A DNA stretch of 61,519 bases, the filler included, from Coriobacteriales bacterium (GTDB lineage Bacteria > Actinomycetota > Coriobacteriia > Coriobacteriales > UBA8131), in NCBI GenBank assembly GCA_031263105.1. It is 7 parts of 7 records of this genome, joined end to end, with 100 filler letters (N's around TTAATTAATTAA, not from the genome) between each part and the next. Parts side by side here need not be neighbours in the genome. Positions count along the whole stretch, not along the records: positions 16,253 to 27,054 come from JAISGJ010000138.1; positions 27,155 to 36,863 come from JAISGJ010000048.1; 5 more parts are not named here. One strand, given 5' to 3'. Numbering within the stretch: position 1 is the first letter of the stretch; every line of letters starts with the position of its first letter. This document shows positions 18,466 through 28,712 of this stretch, piece after piece. The notes beneath the pieces were generated by a model, which saw only the letters and a program-made list of their open reading frames with translations, was not told where the DNA came from and did no database searches. The position numbers and the translations under genes are program-made.

Positions 18466-18608
18466 GATATCCAGTATAGCATTCCCCTTCAGGAGGCGCG
18501 GCACTGGCGGGCGGGGCGTGAAAGTGTTACTGTCTGTAGCGGTCGTTATGTGCCATGCCGTGAATTATGCTGCGGGTCACGCCGCATGAGTGTTCCTTTG
18601 GAGGTCCA

Positions 18609-19601
18609 GTGCGTATACCGTTGAGAGAAGCGAAGGTCATGATCGTCGGCGGGGCCGGCTTTATCGCCAGTCACCTTGCAGACAGGCTGCTGGACGAAGG
18701 CGTGCAAACGCTCGTTCTGTTCGACAATCTTTTTATGGGCAGGCTGGAGAACATCGCCTCGGCAACGGGGCGGGGCGCCGTCTTCGTCAAGGGCGACGCG
18801 TGCAGGCGCGACGAGCTCAGGGAGGCAATCGAGGCCCATGGGGTGAACGTCGTGTTCGACTTGGCGACCAAGCCGCTGGTCTACTCCTTCGACGACCCCT
18901 ATGACGCCTTCATGGTCAACGTCGAGATAACGGGCAACCTGCTGGAGCTGCAACGTCAGGGCCTGTTTGCGACCCTGTGCCACTATTCGTCGTCGGAGGT
19001 CTACGGCACCGCCGTCTACGAGCCGATGGACGAGCAGCATCCCCATAACCCCACGACGACCTATGCCGGCGGCAAGGCTGCGGCCGACGTCATGCTCAAG
19101 ACCTGGGTCTCGATGTTCGGCCTGGACGCCTTCATCGTGCGCCCCTTCAACAACTACGGGCCACGGCAGAACCCCGACGGCCCCTATGCGGCGGTCATAC
19201 CCATCAGCATCAGGCGCATCCTGCAAGGCGAGAGCCCCGAGGTTCACGGCAGCGGCGAGCAGAGCCGCGACTTCGTGTTCGTCAAGGACACGGTGGACGC
19301 CACCGTCCAGCTCTACGGCGTCCTCAAGGCGGGCGAGGAGGCGAACATCAGCGCGGAAGGCAACATCAGCATCAACGAACTGATGGACAGGATATGCGAG
19401 GCCACGGGCTACGGCGGCGAGGTCGTCCGCAAGGCCCGCCGCCGTGCCGACGTCGACTGCCACGCAGGGACCAACGCCTACCTCAAGACGATCATCGACT
19501 TCGACCCCACCGACATCGTCTCCGGCCTGAGGCAGACGGCCGACTACTACCGGGACCTCTTGTGTGGTGATGCCTGCCATGAGCAGGCCGACCGGCAGTG
19601 A
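18609..19601 (+). CDS. NAD-dependent epimerase/dehydratase
   Basis: GGAGFIASH, SSSEVYG, YAGGK, RPFNNYGPRQ, GEQSRDF; start approximate. Confidence 0.93.
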   Translation: MRIPLREAKVMIVGGAGFIASHLADRLLDEGVQTLVLFDNLFMGRLENIASATGRGAVFVKGDACRRDELREAIEAHGVNVVFDLATKPLVYSFDDPYDAFMVNVEITGNLLELQRQGLFATLCHYSSSEVYGTAVYEPMDEQHPHNPTTTYAGGKAAADVMLKTWVSMFGLDAFIVRPFNNYGPRQNPDGPYAAVIPISIRRILQGESPEVHGSGEQSRDFVFVKDTVDATVQLYGVLKAGEEANISAEGNISINELMDRICEATGYGGEVVRKARRRADVDCHAGTNAYLKTIIDFDPTDIVSGLRQTADYYRDLLCGDACHEQADRQ

Positions 19602-19962
19602 CAGCGAACCGAAAAGGCCCCGTTTCAACCCCGGAGTGCTTGCGGCCCTGCATCTGATAATGCTCGTCTACTCGCTCTCGGCCGTCTGTGCCAAAATGGC
19701 CGCTCTCTCCGAACCGTTCTCACTTCCCTTCTTCGCCTGGTATGCGGGCGTATTGGCGCTGCTCGGCATCTATGCCGTTGTCTGGCAGCAGGTCATAAAG
19801 CGCATGCCGCTCACCACTGCCTTCGCCAACAAGGGCGTCACGGTCGTCTGGGGCTTTTTGTGGGGTGCCCTGCTCTTTGGCGAGAGCATCGACTTGAAGA
19901 TGATACTGGGTGCGGCAGTGGTCTTCTGCGGAATCCTTCTGGTGGTGCATGCCGATGCCTGA
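19579..19962 (+). CDS. SMR/EamA-like small membrane protein (ArnE/F-type flippase subunit)
   Basis: Four hydrophobic helices; WQQVIKRMPLTTAF, LLFGE. Confidence 0.8.
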   Translation: MSRPTGSDSEPKRPRFNPGVLAALHLIMLVYSLSAVCAKMAALSEPFSLPFFAWYAGVLALLGIYAVVWQQVIKRMPLTTAFANKGVTVVWGFLWGALLFGESIDLKMILGAAVVFCGILLVVHADA

Positions 19963-20299
19963 GACCTCCCTGTTCCTGCTGGTAATGGTGCTGTCGGTGT
20001 TCGTGAGCTCGTTCTCTCAGATACTGTTGAAGGTGTCTGCAGGCAAAACATACACGAGCAGGATCAACGAGTACCTCAATCCCTGGGTGGTAGGTGCCTA
20101 CCTGCTGACTTTTTGCTCGACCGTGGTAACGGTCGTCGCCTATCGTTACGTCGCGCTCTCCATGGGTCCGGTCATCGAGTCTTTGGGCTATGTCTTTATC
20201 GCGCTGCTCAGTTATCTCATATTGAAAGAGAAGATAAGCGGCAAGAAGATGATCGGCCTGGGGCTGATCGTCTGTGGCGTGCTGGTGGTTGTGATATAG
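19955..20299 (+). CDS. SMR/EamA-like small membrane protein (second flippase subunit)
   Basis: SQILLK, LKEKI, four TM segments; overlaps the previous gene. Confidence 0.8.
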   Translation: MPETSLFLLVMVLSVFVSSFSQILLKVSAGKTYTSRINEYLNPWVVGAYLLTFCSTVVTVVAYRYVALSMGPVIESLGYVFIALLSYLILKEKISGKKMIGLGLIVCGVLVVVI

Positions 20300-20377
20300 T
20301 TCGAAGGTGTATGCAGCGCGCCCTTTGGCGCGACAGGCCCTTCGCCATTCATAGGTTTGAGCTGTTAGGTGTAGAGA

Positions 20378-21328
20378 ATGCCGACCATATCTGTAGTAGT
20401 GCCCTTTCTTAACGAGGAGGACAACCTGCCCGTTTGCTGTGCCTTTATCGAGGAAAAGGCACAGCGGGCAGCCTATGACGTAGAGGTCCTCTTTGTGGAC
20501 GACGGGTCGTCGGACGGCAGCGTAGGGGTTGTTTCCGCCTATCCCTTCCTGCACTGCAAGAGCGTTCGTCTCATCTGTCTTTCGAGGAACTTCGGCTCGC
20601 ATGCGGCACTTCGAGCCGGCATCAAAGAAGCCACAGGCGACTACTGCACGTACATGGGGGCCGACCTCGACGAGCCCGAGGCCATGCTGGATGTGATGTA
20701 CGATGCCATCCGCCAAGGATACGATGCCGTCTATGTGGAGAAGACCGCGATGCGCATCAGCGCCTTCAACAGGGCCACCTCACTGATGTATTCGGGGCTG
20801 ATACGGAAGTTCGCCGTGAAGAATTATAGCAAACATGGTATAAACAATATCATGTTCAGCAGAAAGATCATCGACTATCTGAACGACAACGTGGAGGCGA
20901 ACTCGTCGATCCAGCTACAGATCATAAGTGCCGGATACAAAAGCACGTTGATCGGAATGGAGTACCGCGAACGCGTCAGCGGCACGTCGAAATGGAGCTT
21001 CTCGAAGAAGGCGAAGCTGTTCATCGACTCGTTTGCGAGTTATTCGTATGCGCCGATTCGGCTCGTCTCCCTCATAGGCTTCCTCTTCGCTTTTGTGGGT
21101 TTCGTGTTTGGGCTCTACACCATTTTCACGCGGATTTTCAACCCTGCTATCGTGCCGGGCTATGCCACGATCGTCGTGTTGCTGTTGTTCGGATTCGGGC
21201 TCACGAACATCTCGCTCGGCATCATGGCCGAGTATCTGTGGCGCACCTTCGACGCAGCGAGGAACCGTCCGGTCTTTATCGTCGATGACATGGTCGCCCT
21301 GAGGGACGCAGGCGCGTCGACGGATTGA
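20378..21328 (+). CDS. GT2 polyprenyl-phosphate glycosyltransferase (ArnC/GtrB-like)
   Basis: VVPFLNEE, VDDGSSD, LSRNFG, two C-terminal TM helices, EYLWR. Confidence 0.92.
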   Translation: MPTISVVVPFLNEEDNLPVCCAFIEEKAQRAAYDVEVLFVDDGSSDGSVGVVSAYPFLHCKSVRLICLSRNFGSHAALRAGIKEATGDYCTYMGADLDEPEAMLDVMYDAIRQGYDAVYVEKTAMRISAFNRATSLMYSGLIRKFAVKNYSKHGINNIMFSRKIIDYLNDNVEANSSIQLQIISAGYKSTLIGMEYRERVSGTSKWSFSKKAKLFIDSFASYSYAPIRLVSLIGFLFAFVGFVFGLYTIFTRIFNPAIVPGYATIVVLLLFGFGLTNISLGIMAEYLWRTFDAARNRPVFIVDDMVALRDAGASTD

Positions 21329-22242
21329 CAATGAGCGAACCCGCAAGAAGACCCACCATACTGGTCGTCGGCTCCTCCGGCTTCCTGGGCTCGCATCTGG
21401 CGGCAAGGATGTCAAGGTCCCACGAGGTCTTTTGCGCGTCAAGGCACCGGCCTTCCCAGGGAGGTTGTGGGCACTGGGTCTGCTATGACGCCGTCAGGCC
21501 TGAGACGATCGACAATCTTCCTGCGCGTGTGGATGTCGTCTATTACATGGCGATGTCGCCGCATTACCGTGCCTTCCCCGCGCACGCAAAGGATGTCTGG
21601 GACGTGAACGTGCAGGGGCTGTTCTCGCTTTTGGAATACGCCCGTGCGTCGCAGGCGCTCTGCTTCGTCCTTGCTTCGAGCGGCAGCGTCTACCAAACGG
21701 GCCCAGGGCCTGTGAGCGAGGACTCTCCGTTGGCGATCGGGAGCGGCTGTGACTTCTATGCCTCGTCCAAAATCGCCGCAGAGGCGCTGCTCAATGCATA
21801 TGCGCCCTACTTCCATATCGGCTGTCTGCGCTTCTTCTACCCCTACGGCCACGGGCTTTCCGCCGCCATGTTGTTTCGCAGGATGATGCACAACATCGGC
21901 GAGGACCTGCCGATCGTCCTGGACGGGCAGGACGGCTTTCAGTCGAATCCCGTCTACCTCGACGACGCAATCGACGCATGCGTTGCCGCTGCAGGGCTGG
22001 AGGGCTTTCACACCATCAACGTCGCAGGCCCGGAAACCGTCTCGCTGGGCAGGATATGCCGCATCATCAGCGACTTGCTCGGCAAGCCGACGGCCCCCCG
22101 TTTTCAGTACAGGGGAGAGGAGCGGACGACCGTCACGCGAATCGACAGGATGTGCGAGTTGTTGGGCGCCCCGAAGACGGGCATCCTCGACGGCCTGCGC
22201 CAGTTTGTCGACGCATACCGGACACAAGGAGCGGATCGATGA
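21325..22242 (+). CDS. NAD-dependent epimerase/dehydratase
   Basis: GSSGFLG, SSGSVY, YASSK. Confidence 0.88.
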   Translation: MTMSEPARRPTILVVGSSGFLGSHLAARMSRSHEVFCASRHRPSQGGCGHWVCYDAVRPETIDNLPARVDVVYYMAMSPHYRAFPAHAKDVWDVNVQGLFSLLEYARASQALCFVLASSGSVYQTGPGPVSEDSPLAIGSGCDFYASSKIAAEALLNAYAPYFHIGCLRFFYPYGHGLSAAMLFRRMMHNIGEDLPIVLDGQDGFQSNPVYLDDAIDACVAAAGLEGFHTINVAGPETVSLGRICRIISDLLGKPTAPRFQYRGEERTTVTRIDRMCELLGAPKTGILDGLRQFVDAYRTQGADR

Positions 22243-22306
22243 CAGGCTTTGAAACGTGCCCACCGATGCCCTGCCCATGTCGGCAGCGGCGGCGGGGGAG
22301 GCCAGC

Positions 22307-23212
22307 ATGACGACCATAGCGCAGGCCCGCTTCGACCCTGATGCCTTCAGGGGATACGGGAGCGTGTCGTTCATCGGTGCCCCGAGGGACGGCTCCATCC
22401 TCTATGCGGGCAAGAAGATCGAGGACCGGCTTGAGAAGCTGGGGCCTGCCAAGGACTGCCTGGTCTTTATCGAAGAGGGCATGAGCGTCCCTGCGGCAGT
22501 GGAAAAACAGCACACCTTCGTCCTCTGCGACAGTGCGATACGCGGCTATGCGCTGTTCACGCGACGGATCGCCGAGCAGGAGGCCGCCGAGAGCAGGCGC
22601 AAGGGCTATGTGACGACGCCGCAGGGCTATCACCTCGGCAGGGACGTCGTCCTCGGCGACGACGTGTACATCGAGCCGGGTGTGCTTATCGACCATGGCG
22701 TGACGATAGGGGCCGGCAGCATCGTTTTGGCCAACAGCGTCATACGCCATGCCACGATCGGGCGCGATTGCCTGATAAAGACCAATGCGGTCATAGGCGA
22801 TCAGGGGTTTACGCTGTACACCGACGAGGACGGCAACACCGCCAGGGTGTTCTGCCTGGGGTCGGTGTCCATTGGGGACAAGGTCGAGATAGGGAGCTTC
22901 ACGACCGTCTGCCGGGGCCAGAACACGGCTACGACCATTGGGGCATACAGCAAGCTGGACGACCATGTGCATGTCGGCCACGACATCGTGATCGGCAAGA
23001 ACAGCCTCCTTACCGCAGGGGCGACCATCGGAGGCTACGACACGATCGGCGACGGGGCCTATATCGGCATGAATGCCACCACCAGGCAGTTCGTCACCAT
23101 CGAAGCGGGTGCCTGCGTGCCCATGGGCGCACGGGTCGGCAAGGACGTGGCGGCGGGCGACAGGTACGGTGTCCCGAAGCACGAGGCACAGAACGAGTCA
23201 GGGAAGCATTGA
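22307..23212 (+). CDS. LpxD-like hexapeptide-repeat acyltransferase
   Basis: IGDQGF, VSIGDKVEIGSFTTVCRG and KLDDHVHVGHD align with the LpxD consensus; start uncertain (22256-22307). Confidence 0.8.
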   Translation: MTTIAQARFDPDAFRGYGSVSFIGAPRDGSILYAGKKIEDRLEKLGPAKDCLVFIEEGMSVPAAVEKQHTFVLCDSAIRGYALFTRRIAEQEAAESRRKGYVTTPQGYHLGRDVVLGDDVYIEPGVLIDHGVTIGAGSIVLANSVIRHATIGRDCLIKTNAVIGDQGFTLYTDEDGNTARVFCLGSVSIGDKVEIGSFTTVCRGQNTATTIGAYSKLDDHVHVGHDIVIGKNSLLTAGATIGGYDTIGDGAYIGMNATTRQFVTIEAGACVPMGARVGKDVAAGDRYGVPKHEAQNESGKH

Positions 23213-23240
23213 TCATCGTCTCCCTAGGGAAGCACCCTAG

Positions 23241-24248
23241 ATGAGCGCCCCAGGAAAGAGGATTTCTATGGTATCCACCACGTCTGTTCATGAACCCATA
23301 AAGGTTGCCGTCATCGGCGTCGGCTCCATGGGGAGGAACCACCTGCGGGTGCTTTCCGAGTTGCGGGGCTTCGACCTTGTCGGCTGCTTCGACGTCAACC
23401 GGGAGGCTGCGGCGGAGCAGGCCGCCCGTTACGGGATTGCGGCCTTTGACAGCGTCGAGGCCCTGTATGCGGCCACAGAGGCGGTCACGGTCGTCGTTCC
23501 CTCGTCCCTGCATGCGCAGTATGCGGTCGCCGCCGCAAAGAGCGGTTGCCACGTGTTCGTGGAGAAGCCGATCGCGCTGACGCTGGACGAGGCCGACGCC
23601 ATCATCGATGCCTGCGCGGCCTGCGGCGTGAAGCTCATGGTCGGGCATATCGAGCGCTTCAATCCTGCGATCGTCGCCTTGCGGGACGTCATCCGTGACG
23701 AGGAGGCCATAGCCCTGCGCTTTCAGAGGCTGAGCCCGTATTTCGAGAGGATCAACGACGCGTCCGTCGTCGAGGACCTGATGATTCACGACATCGACAT
23801 ACTGAACTCGCTCGTCACCTCGCCGATAGCCGAGATACAGGCCCAAGGCGCGAAGGTGTTCACCGACCGGCTCGACTTTGCCGAGACGCTCATCAGGTTC
23901 GAAAGCGGCCAGCTTGCCTCGCTCACCGCAAGCAGGGTCACCCAGATGAAGATTCGGAGGGCCTCCGTCACCTCGCGCACGGCCTATGTGACCGCCGACT
24001 ACCTCACGCATTCGGTCGAGGTGACGCGCAAGACCAATTTTTCCGAGGACAGGGGCGCCTCGGCCCAGTATGCCCAGGAAAGCACCGTCGAGAGTGTGGT
24101 CGTGCCCTTGAAGGAGCCCTTGCGGGCGGAGTTCGAGTGTTTTGCCGAGGCTGTGCGTGCGGACGGCCCTGTGCACACCGACGGAGCTTCGGCGAGGAGG
24201 GCCCTGGAGACGTGTCTGGAGATCAAGGAGATCTGTCGCGGCGGGTGA
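23241..24248 (+). CDS. Gfo/Idh/MocA oxidoreductase (WbpB/GnnA-like)
   Basis: GVGSMG, VEKP, GHIERFNP, DLMIHDID. Confidence 0.93.
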   Translation: MSAPGKRISMVSTTSVHEPIKVAVIGVGSMGRNHLRVLSELRGFDLVGCFDVNREAAAEQAARYGIAAFDSVEALYAATEAVTVVVPSSLHAQYAVAAAKSGCHVFVEKPIALTLDEADAIIDACAACGVKLMVGHIERFNPAIVALRDVIRDEEAIALRFQRLSPYFERINDASVVEDLMIHDIDILNSLVTSPIAEIQAQGAKVFTDRLDFAETLIRFESGQLASLTASRVTQMKIRRASVTSRTAYVTADYLTHSVEVTRKTNFSEDRGASAQYAQESTVESVVVPLKEPLRAEFECFAEAVRADGPVHTDGASARRALETCLEIKEICRGG

Positions 24249-27030
24249 CGACGACGACGAAGGCGACGAACGCCAGGAGCGCGGCGGCGCTTACGAGGCT
24301 GCCGAGCATGAGGCCTGGGGGGAAGTAGCTCATCTCGATCTCGTTTTGGCCGGGAGCGACCGCGAGGGCGATGAAGGTGTCCTGTGCGATCAAGGGATCC
24401 ACGGTCTCGCCGTTGACTTTGATGGTCCAACCGGGGGCGTAAGGGATGGTGGTGAACAGCATCTCGTCGGGATCGCCGGTAGCCGTATAGAAGCCGTGGA
24501 CGTAGCCTCCCTCGAAGGCGTCGATCTCAAAGGGGGCAGAGCGCAGCTTCTCGATGGCTGCCTCGAACCTGTCGTAGTCGAGGGAGGCGACGACGAGCGA
24601 GAACTTGCCGGGGTCGTACTCGCCGATGTTCTCGATGACGATGCGGTGCGTGCTGCCCGGGCTCGTGCCCGGGTTCGTGCCGAGGGGGAATATGCCCTCG
24701 GTCCAGATGTCGAGGTAACTGTCGGAGAGGGGGGTGCCGTCGACGACGAGTCGCGCCTTGCCGAGCCAGGGCAGGTCGCCGTCGTAGCTGACGTACCCGT
24801 ACTGGTAGCCGCCGCCGGGGGCGCCGCCCGCCGCGCCGCCGCCCGCTGCTGCGGGAAGCTCGAAGCTCCAAGATATCTCGTCGTCTCCGACCGCTGCAGG
24901 CGCTGGTCGATGGGTGGCAAACAGTCCGGAAGCCGAGGCGGAACCGCTCTCGCCGAGCAGGGAGGCGAACAGCCTGTTCTGGTACTCGAAGGGGCCCTCG
25001 TCCTTGTCGCCCTGAGGCAGCTTGTCCTGTGCCTCGTCCCAGCCGAGAAGGGATCTGAGCGTCTGGGCGTCGGAGAAGTCGTAGCCGGGGTCGACGAGGG
25101 CAAGGGCGTTGGTCGATGCCCCGAAGCCCAGGGGGAGCGCGTGGGGGTTCTCGTAGACCTGCTTGCCCTCCCAGGCGCATGCGATGTCCGTGGCGACGTA
25201 GCCCAGAGGCTGTGTGTCGCTGATGACGAAGCGCACGCCCAAGAGGGAGTCGGCGGTGACCTGGGGCCAGGTGTAGGCGTCTACCACGCTGAACCCGTAG
25301 GTGTAGCCCAGGTTCTCAAGGACGCCCTGCACGCGCTTGTCATAGAGGGAGTCGTAAAGCTGGATGCCGTGGTAGCCGAAGACCAGGCTCTCGTTCTGCA
25401 CGTTGTGCGAGCCGGAGAGGAACACGAAGGTCTTCTCCAGGCGGTAGGCGTCGGCCTCGTCCTGGTCTGCGGCCTCGACCTCGGCGATGCTCTCGTGCCC
25501 CGCGCGGTAGTACTCCCCATACCTGGTATAGGTCGGCTCGTTGCGGACGCTGATGATCTGGTGCCAGCTGAGGAAGGCCTCGCAGGAGACCGCGCCGACC
25601 AGAAGCAGCGAGAGCGCCACCCTCCAAGGAAAGCGCCGTGCACCTGCAAGGAGCCTGACGGCCAGGGCCACCGCGACGCACATGACGATGATGGCAAGGG
25701 CGTAGCGCTTGCCAGGGAGGTTCCGGTCGAGGTAGATGACGATGCCCCCAAGCGCGATCAGGAGCGCCGAGCGGTAGAGGCCCTTCAGCGCCGCCGCCCC
25801 TCTGTCGCCCGGTCGCCCGCCCCCGCCCGCCTGTCGGGGGCCGCCCGCCTGTATCCCCGTCGTCTCCAGCGCCCTGGCCGCGCAGAACAGGAGGACGGCC
25901 GAGACGAGGAAGGAGAAGCGGCAGTAGAACGAGTTGCCGTCACGCAGGCCCAGCCAGATACGGTCGCCCAGGACCAGCCAGGTGCTCGCCACCATGATGC
26001 CGAACAGCAGCGCGGCGGCGATCTTCTCCCGCTTGGGTATCTTCTCGTTGAAGAAGAACCAGACGAAGGCGACGAGGGCGAGGGTGCCCGTATAGACCTG
26101 CGGCAGGTACTCCTTCTCGTAGACCCCGAGGAAGAAGCTCCGCAAGCCGTCGACGAGCTGGTAGCGCACGTCGATGGTGAAGAGGCCGGGCGGGACGGAG
26201 CCCTTGCCGCCGGCCAGCTGCAGGACCGTCGGCAGCAGCACCACGACGCTCATGAGCACGGTAAGACTGAAGGCGGCGGAGAAGCGCCCGGGATTGACCA
26301 TGAGGCCGAGGCGAATGCGCTGCGGCCCCTCCAACGAGCGGGAACGTGCCGCCGGTACCGCCAGAAAGCTCTCGAAGAGGTAGTACAGGACGCTGAAAAG
26401 GCAGAGCATATACCCGTTGTAATAGTTGATGAGGATGACCGCGAGCAAGGAAAGGCTGAACAGCAGCACCTTCCCCTTGTGCACCAGGCAGTAGATGCCG
26501 TACAGGACCAGGGGGAGCAGGACGACGGCATCCATCCACATGGGGTTCGCGGACTGGGTGGTCATGAAGAGCATCAGGGCGTAGCCGATGCTGAGGCTCA
26601 ACGAGAACGCCGGATGCAGCTTGAACCTGTGACGCAGGTAGAACAGCGAGGCGACTCCTGCGAGGCCGAACTTGACGACGACCATGAAGGTCACGAAGTC
26701 GACGGGGTTCGACCCGAAGAGCGGGCGCAGCAGGTTCAGGGGGCTCGCAATACCGCTGGCCCACCCCGCGAAGGCGTTGCCGCCCAGCGACTTCGAGAAG
26801 GTGTAGAACAGCGAGTCGTTGCCGGCCAGGCAGTTCGCGAGCCATTCGTAGTTGTTGGTATAGGATATCTCAAGGTCCCACGCCTCAAGGTTGCGCTCGC
26901 CGAAGGGAACCATGCCGATAACGGCAAAGGACACAAACAGAATGGCCAGAGGAATCAGGAACGCAGCCCCGTAGCAAAGCACGGCATACAGGCGACCTGT
27001 CCGAAGAGACGTGTTTTCCATGCCCACCAT
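24223..27030 (-). CDS. YfhO family GT-C membrane glycosyltransferase
   Basis: SKSLGGN, NYYNGYM, YENPHALPLGF, TIPYAPGWTIKVNG, SYFPPGL; many TM helices. Confidence 0.88.
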   Translation of the reverse strand: MVGMENTSLRTGRLYAVLCYGAAFLIPLAILFVSFAVIGMVPFGERNLEAWDLEISYTNNYEWLANCLAGNDSLFYTFSKSLGGNAFAGWASGIASPLNLLRPLFGSNPVDFVTFMVVVKFGLAGVASLFYLRHRFKLHPAFSLSLSIGYALMLFMTTQSANPMWMDAVVLLPLVLYGIYCLVHKGKVLLFSLSLLAVILINYYNGYMLCLFSVLYYLFESFLAVPAARSRSLEGPQRIRLGLMVNPGRFSAAFSLTVLMSVVVLLPTVLQLAGGKGSVPPGLFTIDVRYQLVDGLRSFFLGVYEKEYLPQVYTGTLALVAFVWFFFNEKIPKREKIAAALLFGIMVASTWLVLGDRIWLGLRDGNSFYCRFSFLVSAVLLFCAARALETTGIQAGGPRQAGGGGRPGDRGAAALKGLYRSALLIALGGIVIYLDRNLPGKRYALAIIVMCVAVALAVRLLAGARRFPWRVALSLLLVGAVSCEAFLSWHQIISVRNEPTYTRYGEYYRAGHESIAEVEAADQDEADAYRLEKTFVFLSGSHNVQNESLVFGYHGIQLYDSLYDKRVQGVLENLGYTYGFSVVDAYTWPQVTADSLLGVRFVISDTQPLGYVATDIACAWEGKQVYENPHALPLGFGASTNALALVDPGYDFSDAQTLRSLLGWDEAQDKLPQGDKDEGPFEYQNRLFASLLGESGSASASGLFATHRPAPAAVGDDEISWSFELPAAAGGGAAGGAPGGGYQYGYVSYDGDLPWLGKARLVVDGTPLSDSYLDIWTEGIFPLGTNPGTSPGSTHRIVIENIGEYDPGKFSLVVASLDYDRFEAAIEKLRSAPFEIDAFEGGYVHGFYTATGDPDEMLFTTIPYAPGWTIKVNGETVDPLIAQDTFIALAVAPGQNEIEMSYFPPGLMLGSLVSAAALLAFVAFVVVVTRRDRSP

Positions 27031-27054
27031 ACTAACACACTGCCCCTGTTGTTA

Positions 27055-27154
27055 NNNNNNNNNNNNNNNNNNNNNNNNNNNNNNNNNNNNNNNNNNNNTT
27101 AATTAATTAANNNNNNNNNNNNNNNNNNNNNNNNNNNNNNNNNNNNNNNNNNNN
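27055..27154. other. artificial contig spacer
   Basis: N/TTAATTAATTAA/N. Confidence 0.99.
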
Positions 27155-27351
27155 CATCCCGAGCCCCCACTGTCATCCCGAGCCCCCACTGTCATTCCGA
27201 GCCTGCCGAGGAATCTTCGGCCGCGCCAGCGGCCGACCGCACGTTGAGGGACCCGCCGACCCAAGGATTCCTCGACAGGCTCGGAATGACAGTGGGGGCT
27301 CGGAATGACAGTGGGGGCTCGGGATGACAGTGGGGGTGTGACCTCAGTAAC
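27155..27351. mobile_element. MITE-like element copy E7 with amplified arms (left end lost in gap)
   Basis: Tandem CCCCCACTGTCATYCCGAG units on both arms; ends GGTGTGACCTCAGTAAC. Confidence 0.85.
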
Positions 27352-28671
27352 CGAGGACAGGCCAAGGCGCTTCAGCATGTCGATCGTTCTCATGATCCAG
27401 GTCAGCGCACCGTCGAAACGGTAGCCTGCGAAACCCGCCTCTTTCAGGATGGCGGCCACCTCGCCGCTGCTGACGTCGAGGTCAAGCAGGCCCTCCAGGC
27501 CGTCGCGCTCCCGGGCGATCTCGCGTGCGTAGTCCCAGTACGTCCCGGAGAACCCGAAGCTGGTGGCATACGCTTCAGGGTCGGCGACCGCCCGGCTCAC
27601 CATCTCCTCCGTGTCCTCGTAAAACAGGCTGCGCCCGTTGTCGTACAACGGATAGAAGGACTCGCCCTCGTCGGTCATCTTGATGGCGATGTTGGAGAGG
27701 TGCCGGTCGTCCTGCCGGGTGATGAAATCGAGCAGGATCATGCGTGCGATCTCCTCCCTGTACTGCGGGCGCACGGAAACCAGGTTCCGGTACTCGTTGT
27801 CGGAACGCGCCCCGTCGAACAGGCGGCGGAAGTGGACGACGTGCTCTTTGGAGAAGTCGTAGAGGAAGGCGGAGAACACCGTGTCCTCGCCCACCCGGAA
27901 GGCCGGGCAGCAGGGCACGCCCAGCCTCTGCGCCAGCAGGCATACGGCCACCTCGGACTCGACATCCGTTGCCAGCGGGCTGATGCGCTGCTTGTAGATG
28001 CCGTACTGCCCGTTGTGGGCGCCGTACCGCTTTATGTTGTAGCCTTCCGGCGTGTCGATGCTGTCGCCTGCCAGGTCGACGCGTTGGTGGAAGACGGAGG
28101 CGAACACGTCGGTGACGACGGCGTCCAGCCGCTCGCCCTCGCTGTGGGCGACCCAGAGCAGGTCCTTCGGGTGGATGCCGCGCGTGACCTCGGCTATGCG
28201 CACCACGTCATAGTGGGACAGGGCGCAGCGGAACAGGATCCGCTCGATGTCACGCCTGTCCCGGCCGACCACACGCTCGGACAGGAACTCGACAAACTGC
28301 TCCGGCGACCAGGAGCTCGCCCCGTTGGTATAGAGGGAGACGACCTCGTTGAACGCGGGTCGCGTGAAGCGGACGGCGTTGTCGGCGTCGATCGTGCCGA
28401 TGACGTCGTCTTTCCACTTCAGCCAGCGTTCGGCAGGCCCGTGAGCGGCAGGCGCGTGTTCGGCAGGCGCGCGAGCGGCAGGCCCGCCCCCGCCTGCTGT
28501 CTTCTTTCCTCGTCCGTCAGCAGGCTTCACGGCATCCGAGGGAATCCTGTAAGACTTCCCCTCCTTTACGGCCCCGGGGACTTTCCCCTCGCTGCAAAGC
28601 ACCCGCACACGGCGGTCGGAGATCCCCCATTTCCTTGCCGCCTGCTGGGCGGTCATAGCGTGTTCGCGCAA
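27155..28671 (-). CDS. HTH_17-type DNA-binding domain fused to a HipA/CtkA-like kinase; no stop before element E7
   Basis: AARKWGISDRRVRVLC...AVKPADGR N-terminus; DFITRQDDRHLSN and PLYDNGRSL kinase motifs. Confidence 0.8.
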
Positions 28672-28712
28672 GGCAGCCTCTCTTCTCGCCGTTGGCAGTA
28701 GGGCAAGTATAG

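Noticed and set aside
18250..18504. 85-aa N-terminal extension of the DegT aminotransferase through E6
   Set aside because: The family-typical start MQFIDL at 18249 has its own RBS-like GGAG; the extension is just an open frame across the element.
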